Shown here: positions 23,427 to 35,088 of the stretch, one piece after another
How the letters are laid out: each line of letters starts with the position of its first letter
Position numbering within the stretch: position 1 is the first letter of the stretch
Virus record (IMG/VR): IMGVR_UViG_3300023301_000006
Location: 1-64,000 of that record
Length of the DNA: 64,000 nucleotides
Direction: 5' to 3' (one strand)
Source of the DNA: a virus
Position numbers and translations under genes: made by a program
Notes under the pieces: model-generated
Databases searched by the model: none
Told to the model about the DNA's origin: nothing
What the model saw: the letters and a program-made list of their open reading frames with translations, nothing else

Positions 23427-26400
23427 TTAAAAGGTTTCGCTAGGGACATCCTCTGTACCCTGTTGTCTTTTTTTCTGTTCATTCTCAATAGTTATTACTG
23501 TTGACTTCATTGGTATTAATTCATATTTCGAATTAGTGACAAATAAATCAGTTATTCTACACGTTCCCAAATCTGCTATCGACCATAATTTTACGCCCTT
23601 GTACTTAGAACGTCTGTTCTTGTATACATGGAACACTATATTAGGTACTTCTAAGAAATTCTCATCTAAGATATGGGATATAGCTTTAATATCTTTTTCT
23701 GTTGGTTCTAAAGCAATTATTCCAACATCAATTTTCGTTTATACCGTCACTTTCGTGATATTTAATACGGACTAGACTATATCTGCACCTCCCTAGATGG
23801 GAGGGACTGGCTCTTCGTAATAAGGAATTACACCTTAAAACTACTCCCTTTATTGGCTGGGATAGTCGTTACACCTTTAACTAAACTTGGCACGGGATTG
23901 TCATAGGATTTCTCCCTTAGAGTTTCCCCGTTAGCACTAAATTAATAGCACACCTTACATTTGTAAGTTCACCAGTACCTAACTACGCCATTGCTGACAT
24001 AGACGACTCTAGTTTACTTTTTATTCGCATAGATTTATAATATTTTCTATGCTACTTACTTCTATTTTTTTTCAATTTCAACACACCTTTCTAAGATGCG
24101 AATAAAAAGTTATTCAAATCTGCCATTGATTTTGCCGTGTTACTCTTGTGTTTCCACAAGCACTGACTATCTCTTACTCTCCTACCAAGGAGAGAATTTC
24201 TGTTTCGGTTCTCAGTAGTTTAATTACTTAAAACTACGTTACTTATCAATAGTAACCCTACTTTCCATCTAACTGGAAATAGTCGATACAGCGACTTACT
24301 TAATACATTATTAAGTAATATGCCACGAGATTACCATAGCTCTCACCTTAGGCTTCCTCGTTAGCTTTAATTTGTTAAATTAAAACCCCACTTGATATGC
24401 GGATAAGAAATTTAGTGGCGTAAAAACACCACGTAATAAATTTTGTGTAGCTTGGTCTACTTTATCCCAGTCACCATTAACTTGCGTAGCAGTATATATA
24501 AAGACTCCTAACTCATTGGCTATCTTCTTTAATCTACTTACAAACATCAACAGAACATTATCTTCTCTTAGTCTGACTCCTCTACTGGCAGAAGCAATTT
24601 CGGCAAGTATCTTTAAAGTAGTGTGAACATAATCGAAAAATACATAATGTACATCATGCTTTAATTTATGTCTCGTTACCATATTGTCTACTTGTTGAAT
24701 ATTATGATTAGACAAGTGTTCTATCCAAATTGGAGCTCCCTTTATGATGTGTGCAGCTTCTATTACCCTTTCCTTTTCTCCTTCGTCATATTCTCCATCT
24801 AATATATGTGCCTCATTTACATTTGAGACAAAGGCAAGGAATAATGTTTGTATCTCTTGTATTTCTAGCTCTGTAGTAATAAATAGTGATGGCATACTTA
24901 TACCATTAGATACTCAATCATTTTTCTTTGAGTCCCAAACTTTATCTACTGCTAGGTTTATAGCATCTCCCGCACTGAATCTAGTATTGTGAGTTACAAT
25001 ATAATCATTCATTAGGAACAAGTGTTCATCGTTGTCAACTGTAAAACAAGTCATCTCTGTAGAGAAACCCATTTTTTCTATATTTACTATTGGATTATAA
25101 TCTTTATGCTCTTTTCTTTTTAACGTTAAAACATACTTATTCGCAATATTTAATTTTCTAGAAAACCTAAATACTTTTAGCTTATCTTCGTGTGGCATTT
25201 GTATATTAATTTTATAACAAACTCCTGTAGAGTATTTATCTCTTATGTCCTCTATGATTGTTGGTATATAACCAAGACTTCTAGCTAAACTCACAACGTC
25301 ATCTTTAAGTTTTACACTAATAGTGTGATAAGCAACTCTTCCTTTTTTATCTATTGAGCCATCTGTATCAAGAAGCCCCTGTAGTAGGCACATTCTTTGG
25401 TCTATAGACCCCAATAAATAGTCGTCAGGAATAAATTTATCTTCACTTTTGGCATTCCATAAGTCTTTGTAACCTATTGATTCTTCAACAGAAATTCTGT
25501 TGTTAGTGTTTTTTTCTTTCCTAAAGAACCAAGAATAGTTTTCACTTTTTTCTTTCTCATAGTGCCACCCCTCTAATTTGGACATTGTAGATATTATTTC
25601 TTCATCGGCAGCAGAGAACGTTAAATCTCTTCTTCCACTTACATACCTGAAACTTCCATCTCCCAATAGTGCTCCAAAAGTGTAGGGTTTAAGTCCATAT
25701 TCTTTTTCATTATACTCAACTGCACCATTTATCGGAACTTTAAAAGTATACCCACTTGTTCCTTTAAATCCACCAAGAGATTTAGCTTCTTCGAGTATCT
25801 GCTTAGTAGTTTTTGTCTTATGGGCACATCTTCTATCTGTAAAATATTCCCATAAGTGTTCGTCACATGTTTCGGCAACTCTACCATCAGCGAAAGTAAC
25901 TTTGTTTATTTCTTTTTCACTCTCTTGCGGATGGACGCCCACTACTTTTGTTGGCTTTCCATTTCTTCCAAAAATGTAAGAACCAATTTTTACCTCATCA
26001 ACCCTTTTAAATCCTTCTGGAGTTGGTATCTTAGTATAGTTTGGGATAGCCTTCCCCACACCAGTAGGAGCACTTCTCATATAGAGTTTTTTAAGTCTTG
26101 CACCTCTTACGATACCGTTTATATAACTGCCATTTAAAGGTAGTCCAATTGCAGGTTTTTCTAATAAGTCATCTATTAAACCAACAATATTTTGACCAGC
26201 TCTTTGTCCATAACTATCTGCACTCATTTCAAAGCTTTGTCTAACCTCTACTATCTTCATGTCTACTAGATTAATTATTTCATTTATAGACATCTTGTCT
26301 AAACCATTTTGCATTTTTTCTTTCTTGTCTGAATTAAGTTCGTCTGGGTCATATATAAATCTTATGTCTACCCCAGACTTCAAATAAGCCCTCAATAAAG

Positions 26401-26755
26401 AGAACTTTTTTACACGATTATAGTAATACACAAAATTGTCTCCATCAGCACTATTCTTTGCAAATTCAAGAGCTTCTAGTCCTCTATTACTCCGAAATAT
26501 TTCATACTGCTCTGGATACTTATTTAAATAACTGTCTATCGCAATAGAGTCCAACCTATCCACTCCAGAATTAACTAAATTATTTATCGCAGAGAAAACA
26601 ATTCTATGATGTCTTGCTACAAAATCTGACACCTCTAATTTAAATCTATCATGTTTTAATAATGTTGTTGGGTTGTTCAAAAGAGCACCAAATAACATTA
26701 ATACTGCTTTGTTGTCGTACAATTCTTCTATATTTATATCTTTAAAACTACTCAA
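23427..26755 (-). CDS. dnaB: Replicative DnaB-like helicase with intein, two introns and one TGA=Trp; exons 26755-24428, 24135-24118, 23735-23427
   Basis: APTGVGK/T Walker A split by intein, FFDY, TATQ, spliced LRG|AKSMAD|KIDVG, KNRR; TGA 24914-24916. Confidence 0.9.
23736..24117 (-). mobile_element. Group I intron (dnaB intron 2, 382 nt)
   Basis: Exon ends in U, terminal G, P7 core; shares CCCCGTTAGCACTAAATTAATAG with dnaE intron 2. Confidence 0.8.
24136..24427 (-). mobile_element. Group I intron (dnaB intron 1, 292 nt)
   Basis: P1 GTGGT/GCCAC, terminal G, GACTA/ATAGTC core. Confidence 0.85.
24986..26050 (-). mobile_element. Class 3 intein (355 aa) with LAGLIDADG endonuclease in DnaB P-loop
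   Basis: Starts with Ala, ends THN/T; WCT triplet (HLW, MTCF, VTHN); LLGDG and LQGLLDTDG. Confidence 0.88.
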
Positions 26756-26765
26756 AGTTCACCTC

Positions 26766-27260
26766 CTATAATTCTTTCATATCTATCTTTCTTTTCTCGA
26801 AAACACTTTTTTTATCTGGTCTCGCTATAACTACCTTATGTTCTTCCTTATTCACTTTTTGGTTACCAGACTCCTTGCTCTCTTTAACCTTCCTATAGTA
26901 AATAGAAGCGTCCTCATAAACGTAGGGTACTATTCCTATTCCGCCATGAGCTTTCTTAGTAGAATTCCCTTCTAGTATAAACCAGTACTCTAGGGTTTTT
27001 CATATGCCAAAGTAAGTGTAACCTTTTTTTTGATAGTCTTTTATCTGTTTAAGTATTCTAGGACTTGGATATTTTATATCAAATATTTTTTTTATTATTT
27101 CCACCATATTTTCATGGTTTACCACAGAATTCGCTTCATCAACTTCTGCTTGTTCTTCTACACATTCTTTGTGATAATATCTTCTTCCCTTCTTCACAAA
27201 ATCCACTTCTTCTTTATAGAAGCGTTCCTCACAAACTGGACATTTTACTTTATTTGCCAT
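26766..27260 (-). CDS. Zn-finger protein upstream of helicase; one TGA=Trp
   Basis: CPVC...YHKEC; read-through of TGA 27000 gives TLEYWF...GIGIVPYVY ending TAG just before dnaB RBS. Confidence 0.75.
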
Positions 27261-27317
27261 TTAACCACCTCTTCATTAATAAAAAAAATAGGAGTATTAT
27301 ACTCCTATTCAATTTTA

Positions 27318-28349
27318 CTACTTCAATTCGTTCTCTATTCTATTATTTATTAGGAATAAAATGTCTACTTGAGATTTACTCATCTCAGAAACCTTTCTTC
27401 CTTTTCCTAGTTCTTCTTCTACTAGGGTTATTATTTTGTCTGACAACTCTCTTTTGCCCTGAGTAACTTCATCAGGGTCTTCTAAATTACCTAGTAATGC
27501 AATTCCCTCTTCCATAAACGCTCCAGTTAAATCATCAAATCTATTTTTTTCTTCCTGGAAAGTTCCGTGGTCTTCTGCAGTTTCTTCTCTTAAGTTCTTT
27601 ACTTCTTCAGAAACTTTAATGCCTTTTTCTTCCGCCTCAGACAAGACTGCATCTTTAACTGCCTCGGCTAATCCATCATGAGAAAACTCTACGAAAGGTT
27701 TGATATTTTTAAATCTACTTCCAGCTTCAAATCTCTCTGTTCCTCTTAAGAATAATTTTCTGCTTTCAACCCCCTCTGAATTTGTCACCATTCTAGCATA
27801 AGCGTAAATATCAACAGCTCTTGTTACAACCTTGTGAGCTCTCTTGTCTAATGTTGTTGTGATTTTATTGTACTCATGACCACTTTCATCAGTGAAGACT
27901 TTATCTTTATCATGAGAGATGATTACTAGACCATATCCCATTTTTGGAATTTCTCTAATGAATCTATCAAATTCTTCTTCATACATTCCATAACCTTGTC
28001 CGTATCCAATATCTCCTATTTTACCAACTTGTTCTCTGTTACAGATATAATCTTTTACGTACTCTACAGCTATGTCAGCAGTGTCGACTATGACAGTCTC
28101 ATACTGGTCCTTGACTTCATCTTTCGACAACTGTCTTAATACTTCTTTAGCTTCAGTTCATTTATTAATTGATACAGCCTTTACTCCGAATAAAGCACTG
28201 TACCCTTTTTCAAAAGCTAATAGTAGAGGTTTTGGAAATTGACTTGCATTGTATGTTTTGCCAACTTTTTTCTCACCATAAATCATTACTGAATACCCCT
28301 TTAGATTGGTACTAGGGATATGTTCTTCCACATTCATTAAATCTAACAT
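27318..28349 (-). CDS. AAA_24/Sak4-like phage NTP-binding protein; one TGA=Trp
   Basis: YGEKKVGKT, FEKG, IVDT, ISH, AGSR; TGA 28158 joins Walker A and Walker B halves. Confidence 0.82.
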
Positions 28350-28396
28350 CTAATCACTCCTTTTATTTTTTCTAATAACTTACGACTGCATTCTGA

Positions 28397-29284
28397 CTAA
28401 AAGTTTGATGGGTCAAAACTACCGCCAGAACCACTAGTCTCTTTAGCTTTAGGTTTAGCAGGCTTAGATGTTTTGCTTTTTGACTTTAAATTGATATTTC
28501 TCATCTTAAGTGCTTCTTTAACTTCTTCAATGGCATATTCTTTACCATCTGAGTAAGGAGTTGTTCCTCTAGTGACAAGCAATCTTTTCTTCGATACTGT
28601 TCTTTCTTGAACAATGTCTTCTCCAAAAGCCATCTCTTCTGTCTTGGTGATAGTAACTTCTTTATTTTTCATTTGACCGAATAATTTAACAGTGTCTCCT
28701 TTTTTATATTGAGACTCAACGTAACTCACTCCTTGTGGACTTTCTACTGCAAATTCTAACTCCACAACGCTTCCTGCGTACCCAATAAAATAACCTTTTA
28801 TAATCTTAGCTCCTGTTTCCATTTGTGTTTCCTCATCCATTTCATCAAATATAGAGTCAATTAATACTTCAACTTCGAATGTTCCAGTAGGTTCGAATTC
28901 TCCTTTTATTCTATTTGGGAATACACCTCTTACATTGTAGTTCTCAAGTATACTTCCATCATCTGTCATAAAACTATTTGGAGATAACTCTGCACTAGTA
29001 AATTCTACATTATCTCCTTTTTGCCCTTCTCCTGCGTCTGCTGAAGACTTATAAGTTTCCATGATAGATTTGAAACTCTTGAATAATTTACTTTCCCCAC
29101 CAGCTTTTTTAAACTTTCCTGCATACATGTTTACTTTGACAATATTATCATCACTTGTTTTGATTGACAAGTCTCCTGCGATATAGGGGAAACCATCTCT
29201 CTTACTAATATTTTGCTCGAGAGTATTCTCCATTAATTCTCCCTTAATAACTACTGAACTGTAACCCTGTCTTAAATCTGACAT
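28397..29284 (-). CDS. ssb: Single-stranded DNA-binding protein
   Basis: Tandem OB-like halves, FGE linker, flexible tail ending in F; replication operon context. Confidence 0.6.
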   Translation of the reverse strand: MSDLRQGYSSVVIKGELMENTLEQNISKRDGFPYIAGDLSIKTSDDNIVKVNMYAGKFKKAGGESKLFKSFKSIMETYKSSADAGEGQKGDNVEFTSAELSPNSFMTDDGSILENYNVRGVFPNRIKGEFEPTGTFEVEVLIDSIFDEMDEETQMETGAKIIKGYFIGYAGSVVELEFAVESPQGVSYVESQYKKGDTVKLFGQMKNKEVTITKTEEMAFGEDIVQERTVSKKRLLVTRGTTPYSDGKEYAIEEVKEALKMRNINLKSKSKTSKPAKPKAKETSGSGGSFDPSNF

Positions 29285-29371
29285 TACATCACTCCTTTAT
29301 TTTTTTTTATACTTTCATTTTCTACATCTATAATTATATCATATAAATTTAATTTTGTCAAATATTATTTT

Positions 29372-30439
29372 CTAAAAACATTCGTAACATATATCGTCTT
29401 CAGTCATATAACTCTTTCAATTATATTCCCCACAAGACTTGCACTTAATCATAGTGTCACAGTCGCTACACATAATCATATCTTCACTATCAATATGTTT
29501 TTCGCCACATATTGGACAAGGGATTTTCATAATCCCAATATCTACAGATAATTCCATACTTCCCTTCTTATGATATATAGCACTCATATCTTTTTCTTCA
29601 GAGGAGGATAATAATATATCATTGTAATCAAAAGTCATACCGACATCATTTATTGATTGTCTTATGATTCCCATCTTTTTCACTAACATCCATTTATTCT
29701 GTAAATTTTTATATTTAGATAACAGCTCCTCAAGATTTTCTCTAACAGCAGTGCTTAAAATATCTGATTCATAAGGATAGTTCTTAGAAAACAATGCTTG
29801 AGACCTTTCTATATTAATATGTACTAATTGCCTCCATTGTTTGTCGTCTATCTCAACCCCATTGATGACCGTTGTATTTGTCTTTAAATAAGCCACAAAA
29901 GTACTACTATCTAATAGATAAGCATAAGTCCCACCCCTGTATATACCATCGGTGAGATTTAGACAACTACTCCAATTTTTATTATTTAAACTTATTGTGA
30001 GCATATCTAAAATATCTACACTAAAAACAAGTTGTCCAACTATCTTCGACTTCTGTATAATCATTGAATAGTCAGTTTGTAAATCGTACGGATTATAATT
30101 TACAGCTTTTTTGAGTATTTTGGATACTTTCATTCCTTTATTAAATTTTTCCTCACTATACTCTATTTTGCTAGTAATTCTATTATTCAAAAATTCATCT
30201 TTGGTTATTAGCTCCAATAGTACATTTATGCCCTCATACTTCTTAGAAAAAACATTAAGAATCTTTCTATACTCTCTGTCACTTACTGTAGTTTCAATAT
30301 CTATTTCTATTTTCTTTTGACCCCCAAACATATTGATTATTTCCTTTTTATTTTCATTGTGTAAGGAAATAAGAGGATTGGGGTCAATTATCTCGACCCC
30401 GTAACCATTCTTATAAAAGTCTTTTATGTCTTTTAACAT
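29372..30439 (-). CDS. Hypothetical protein, WxSC/KxWR family with Cys-rich tail; one TGA=Trp
   Basis: Paralog of 31398-32558 and 45131-46453; read-through of TGA 29417 completes a CxxC pair (ICYEC). Confidence 0.75.
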
Positions 30440-30452
30440 GTATCACCTCCGT

Positions 30453-31379
30453 TTAAGACGGAACCTCTAATAGTCCATGACATCCGTCACATAAATCCAT
30501 ACCATATACACTCTTCGAAAAAGTGTCTTTATGAAATTTCCCACACGCGTAACAGACTATATCAAATCCACCTTCTTCACTTTCTTGTTGATACATTCCT
30601 TGATAAAAATCAATAGTTTTATTTTTTCTCTTGTAGTAAACATATGTTTTTTCAATAAAAACTGGTTTCTCTTTAGGCAATGTATTTATCATCTTGGAAA
30701 CTTTTTCGATAGTAGCAATCATTTCTTTAATGTCTACGTATTCATATTCTCTATGTTCATTGTAGTATCCTATTGACAAGTTTACGCCACATATGTCCCA
30801 GATAGGCATTAGTGTATCAATATCTGTAAAGCTCCCACTAGTCTTTTTAAATCCGTACCCTTCTACTAAGGAATGAAAATCTGGGCTATCGCAACAATAA
30901 AACACTGCGTCTTCACTTCCTCGTCTATCCAGTTGAATTAAGTATTTTATATCAACTGGAACAATTTCTTCTTTTGAAGCCTTGCGAGCTCCAACTCCAC
31001 CAATTTCTTCATCTTCAGTAAACAGTATATGTGGGCGGTGTCCCGCTAAAAGTAGAGCTAGAATACCGAATATACCACATCTATCGTCTCCACCCAATCC
31101 ATCTGGCGAAGTTATTAACTCTTGTTCCTTGTCGAATATAAAAGTTGTTGGTGGAGTTTTGAATACTGTATCCATATGTGCAAGTAACATCACATCTTCT
31201 TCACCCACAACCTTAATATATCCGTCTTTGCTTCTAATCATGTCTTTGCTGTAGAACAGTGGTAAAATATCTTTAACCAGTGTGTTCTTTAATTCTTTTT
31301 GAGTAAGACCCAAAATTAGTTTAAAGGTTTCCACATCTCTAAGAGTCTCACCTATGGCTATGTTTTTTTGTTTTATCAT
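30453..31379 (-). CDS. M28/M20-family metallopeptidase
   Basis: AHMDTV, GGDDRCG, EEIGG, LDRRG, GYYNEH. Confidence 0.8.
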   Translation of the reverse strand: MIKQKNIAIGETLRDVETFKLILGLTQKELKNTLVKDILPLFYSKDMIRSKDGYIKVVGEEDVMLLAHMDTVFKTPPTTFIFDKEQELITSPDGLGGDDRCGIFGILALLLAGHRPHILFTEDEEIGGVGARKASKEEIVPVDIKYLIQLDRRGSEDAVFYCCDSPDFHSLVEGYGFKKTSGSFTDIDTLMPIWDICGVNLSIGYYNEHREYEYVDIKEMIATIEKVSKMINTLPKEKPVFIEKTYVYYKRKNKTIDFYQGMYQQESEEGGFDIVCYACGKFHKDTFSKSVYGMDLCDGCHGLLEVPS

Positions 31380-31397
31380 TATATTCTCTCCTCCTAG

Positions 31398-32558
31398 TTA
31401 ATAACTACAATCATTACAGGTATACCCGTAGTGACTATCTTCTCTTCCAAGTGAATAACCACAATCAATACAATAAGCTTCTGACCCAACTAGAAAATGT
31501 GGAATGTTTTTAAAACTCTCATGTGTTGTTTGAACTCCATGATGATTACTTCTTAAATCATAATAATGAGGAGCATTCTCATTTTCTTCAATATTCTCTG
31601 TTGGAATTACTTTTTTGTAAGATAGATTCTCACCTGCGAAATCATTTATCTTAGACATTAAAAGTCTTCTACTAATACTTTCTGCGTCAGATATATCATT
31701 GGGATATTGTCTAGATTGAGCTATTGTTAATGAATCATCAGAACAATTACTTTTCTGAATGTACATTAACTGTCTCCATTTTTTATCTAAGCAAGGGAAG
31801 TTATCGTTATACTTACCAATGAATGCTACTACTGTTGACCCATCTAAGATATAAGATAGACTCCCTGCACCGTACTCTCCTTGTAATCTCAAACAACTTT
31901 GCCAAGAATAGCTATTTTCACTCAATGTTAAAATATCTAAAGGTGAAATAGATATATAAAGGTCTTCTTTCATTCTATTGTTTTGAATAGAGTTTGAAAA
32001 AGTTGTTGTTACTATATTATCTCCACCAAACATATTAGCATATAGCTTTGAAACTTTTATACCACCATATTTACTAGCAACATTCTTAGACATATCAGAT
32101 GAATCTAATTTAATTTGTTCACTACAAGCAAAATTCAAATTAATAATATCATTTATTAACGCTTCTTTCTTTGTTGTATTTGATTCACTTTGTAGTTCGC
32201 TTTTCTTATCAGACTTCGCTACTTCAAATGCTCTCATTAAGTTATTAAATACTTTATGTTCTTCTACATCAATATCAACTTCTTGAGTAATTCGAACACT
32301 TCCTAAAAGCTTATATAAGTAGTACTTTGAAATAAAATAATCTCCTAACATTTTTTGAACCACACTAAATGTTTTTGAGCTTTCTGAGAAATACTCATAA
32401 AAGTCAATAAAAGACTCAGTTAAATAATCTAAATCACAATATTCACGAACTACTTCCTCATTTAATTCTGAACCGTTAAGTATTGCTTTATCTAGTTTGC
32501 TAAAAGAGTCTTCTAAAACATCATTGAAACTTTTTTCTTTATCGTTTATTGTTTTCAT
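31398..32558 (-). CDS. Hypothetical protein, WxSC/KxWR family
   Basis: SENSYSWQSC...GEY...YILD...KKWRQL...YP, C-terminal CxxC pairs. Confidence 0.75.
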   Translation of the reverse strand: MKTINDKEKSFNDVLEDSFSKLDKAILNGSELNEEVVREYCDLDYLTESFIDFYEYFSESSKTFSVVQKMLGDYFISKYYLYKLLGSVRITQEVDIDVEEHKVFNNLMRAFEVAKSDKKSELQSESNTTKKEALINDIINLNFACSEQIKLDSSDMSKNVASKYGGIKVSKLYANMFGGDNIVTTTFSNSIQNNRMKEDLYISISPLDILTLSENSYSWQSCLRLQGEYGAGSLSYILDGSTVVAFIGKYNDNFPCLDKKWRQLMYIQKSNCSDDSLTIAQSRQYPNDISDAESISRRLLMSKINDFAGENLSYKKVIPTENIEENENAPHYYDLRSNHHGVQTTHESFKNIPHFLVGSEAYCIDCGYSLGREDSHYGYTCNDCSY

Positions 32559-32733
32559 ATTCTTCTCCTCCTATTATTTTTTATAAACTCCAGTATTCAA
32601 TAATTCTGAAAATAGACTACCAACAAAGTATAAAATTCCCATTAATATAACACTCATTTACACCTCTTTCTTTTTTTTTATTATCTTATATTAATATTAT
32701 ATCAGAAAATAAACAGTTTTACAAGAACTATTT

Positions 32734-33348
32734 TTACAATTCTAAAAGATGAACTGGCTTATTCATTTCATCTACTAGCTTTTGCCATTTATGTTGGTTG
32801 CCTCTTATAATGTGAACGTAGATATGATAGTCGTTGTGTGTTTTCATCCATACATTTGCACCACCTATCCCCCTATTGTAAGACAATAGAGTCATATTCA
32901 TCAAACTGTCCCCAGTATACCCTTGATTTCTATAATATTCTCTATTATTGTAAAGTATTGCTAAACCACCTGAAATGTTATCATAAATATCGTATGGGTC
33001 AACTTCACAACCTAGTATTTCTTCTGCGTTTGGGACTCCCCACCTACTGTTTAGTTGGAAAAGTCCTATATCTACACTTGTTGGATTAGTACTTACCACC
33101 TCATTGTTGAATTTCCCTCCTGTTTCTAACTCTATTAGAGATAAAACTAAAGAAAGCTCCAAGTCTAATTCAATTGCTAAATCTCTCAGAAACAATTCTA
33201 CCTTGGGTTTTAAAACAGTTGTAGAAAAATAGAAAAAATCTTTATTTTTCTCTTGACTAAATGTATTAGTTATATTATAATGTTTAATAGAACTACTATT
33301 ACTATAATTAATACTTATATTCTGTATATCAACGTCTTGTATCAGCAT
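32734..33348 (-). CDS. Lytic transglycosylase (SLT domain)
   Basis: LETGG catalytic Glu, GLFQLN, SYNRG. Confidence 0.8.
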   Translation of the reverse strand: MLIQDVDIQNISINYSNSSSIKHYNITNTFSQEKNKDFFYFSTTVLKPKVELFLRDLAIELDLELSLVLSLIELETGGKFNNEVVSTNPTSVDIGLFQLNSRWGVPNAEEILGCEVDPYDIYDNISGGLAILYNNREYYRNQGYTGDSLMNMTLLSYNRGIGGANVWMKTHNDYHIYVHIIRGNQHKWQKLVDEMNKPVHLLEL

Positions 33349-33554
33349 ATATTTTTCCTCCTTTTTTTATCTCTAATAATATTATATCAAATTATGGGGA
33401 AAATATCAAGAAAAATTTTTAGTATTTTCATCGAGAATCTATAAGGTCGGAAGGGAATTGTAAATACTACTTTACGAAATTGTTCTTGATATTTCTTTCA
33501 TATTTTGATATAATATATATATAAGATAAAAGAAAAAAAATAAGGAGGAATAGT

Positions 33555-33995
33555 ATGTCCTTGAGTAAAAGTCTCTTATATAAAGACATAACTAATCAAG
33601 TAAGGGGTAACTTTAAAGTATTGAAACTAAAAGGGATAGAACACGGAGAGTATTATATTCCAATCCACAAAGGAGCGGTAAAAACAGGAATGAAAATTCC
33701 TCGTGAGAACTTAAAAAGAGCAAGTCTTATTTATCAAGTAGGAGATGTAGTTAGAATAAAAACTAAAGAGCAGTTTGCAAGGGATTTCAAAATAAACTAC
33801 TCAGAACAAGAAAGAGAATTTTATGTTAGAACCTCAAATACATTTTCAGTTAGTATGAATGTTTACTGTGGTAGAGAATTTGTCATTGTTGGATACACGC
33901 GTGAGAGGGGGTATATGCTAAAAGACATCCCTTTCTTTAGTTTTGACTCAGATATGTTTGTAGCAAATAGGTGTTTTCTGTATAAAGAAATATAA
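33555..33995 (+). CDS. YxEV-tag protein, family B
   Basis: VGDVVRIKTK...MNxYCG...FDSDM; ends LYKEI. Confidence 0.75.
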   Translation: MSLSKSLLYKDITNQVRGNFKVLKLKGIEHGEYYIPIHKGAVKTGMKIPRENLKRASLIYQVGDVVRIKTKEQFARDFKINYSEQEREFYVRTSNTFSVSMNVYCGREFVIVGYTRERGYMLKDIPFFSFDSDMFVANRCFLYKEI

Positions 33996-34209
33996 AATTG
34001 TTCTTGATAATTTATTAATATTGTTATATAATATAAGTATAGAAAGAAAAAAATAAAAAAAGAAAGGAGTAACTATACTTAAAATAACTAGAAAAACTTA
34101 TTGACATCTTGTTTATATTGTTATATAATATAAGTATAGTAAAAAAAAAGAATTATTTTAAGTAACTAGTAGTGTTGACGAGAACATCATAAAAATAGTA
34201 GGAGGATTT

Positions 34210-34443
34210 ATGAAAAAAACTGAAAAAGAATTAACTATTGAAAGAGCAAAAACTTATATTGTCTTTTCTCAATTCAAAGCAGGCTTTCTTATGATGAAGG
34301 GATTTAAACTCCATGATATGGAAAAGAATAAGGATTTCCCCAATAAGAATGTATTTTTCTTTTCTAATATAGACGTATTGCATGAAGCCTTAAAGGATTT
34401 AGACAATAGGAATAAAGAAATTAATGAATTGATAGGAGGATAG
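34210..34443 (+). CDS. DUF5659-like small protein
   Basis: FSxxxAGFLMMKGF...NVFFF pattern; GGAGG RBS. Confidence 0.6.
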   Translation: MKKTEKELTIERAKTYIVFSQFKAGFLMMKGFKLHDMEKNKDFPNKNVFFFSNIDVLHEALKDLDNRNKEINELIGG

Positions 34444-34446
34444 ATT

Positions 34447-34740
34447 ATGAAATTAAGTCAGAATGAAAAAGAAATACTAAAAAAGAAGTTGAATGAAATA
34501 TTTAAAACGGCAGAAAGAGAAATGTCTGCGTCTAAAGAGTTAATAACTAATTTAGATGAGGGACTTAGACCGTATGAAGCGAATAACATTATAATTTTAT
34601 TTGATAGAGTAGACGTTAAAGGAACTCAAGAAATATTACAAGTTGGTTCTATCTTGTCTAAATTAAGAACTTATGTTATTAATTCAGAAAAAGGAGGTAG
34701 TGATGAAAAAAATAGTGGAACTGATTCAAGAGAAGACTAA
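34447..34740 (+). CDS. Hypothetical protein
   Basis: RBS and operon packing. Confidence 0.65.
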   Translation: MKLSQNEKEILKKKLNEIFKTAEREMSASKELITNLDEGLRPYEANNIIILFDRVDVKGTQEILQVGSILSKLRTYVINSEKGGSDEKNSGTDSRED

Positions 34741-35014
34741 GAAAGAACTTTCCCTTGAAATGCGTAGTGTACTTTCAAAATACTTTAAGGGAATGACTGG
34801 TACGGAAGAAGAAAAGATGGTTTTAGTTAGTAATACATTAGAGGTATTGAATTCAGCAGAGTTACAATTATTAGATATTTTAGATTATCCAATGTATTCA
34901 GTAAAGTCTAAGAATCTTTTAATGCGTGGAGCCTATGAACATTTAAGAGTTCCAAATACATTAGTTCTAGAAGAAGAATTATTTAAAGACTTAGTAGCAA
35001 TTTATACTTATTAA
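34703..35014 (+). CDS. Hypothetical protein
   Basis: AAGGAGGT RBS before ATG 34703. Confidence 0.65.
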   Translation: MKKIVELIQEKTKKELSLEMRSVLSKYFKGMTGTEEEKMVLVSNTLEVLNSAELQLLDILDYPMYSVKSKNLLMRGAYEHLRVPNTLVLEEELFKDLVAIYTY

Positions 35015-35088
35015 GAAAAAAGTTATTGACTAATTGTGTTTATTTTGATATAATATATATAGAAGGAAAAAAAAGAAAGGAGTAAACT

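Noticed and set aside
1594-28349. TGA as selenocysteine or glycine (table 25)
   Set aside because: Contexts match conserved Trp, not catalytic Cys or Gly; no sel genes in the window.
526-30439. Split genes as pseudogenes or sequencing errors
   Set aside because: Non-intron breaks are always a single in-frame TGA, never TAA/TAG or a frameshift, and fall at Trp positions.
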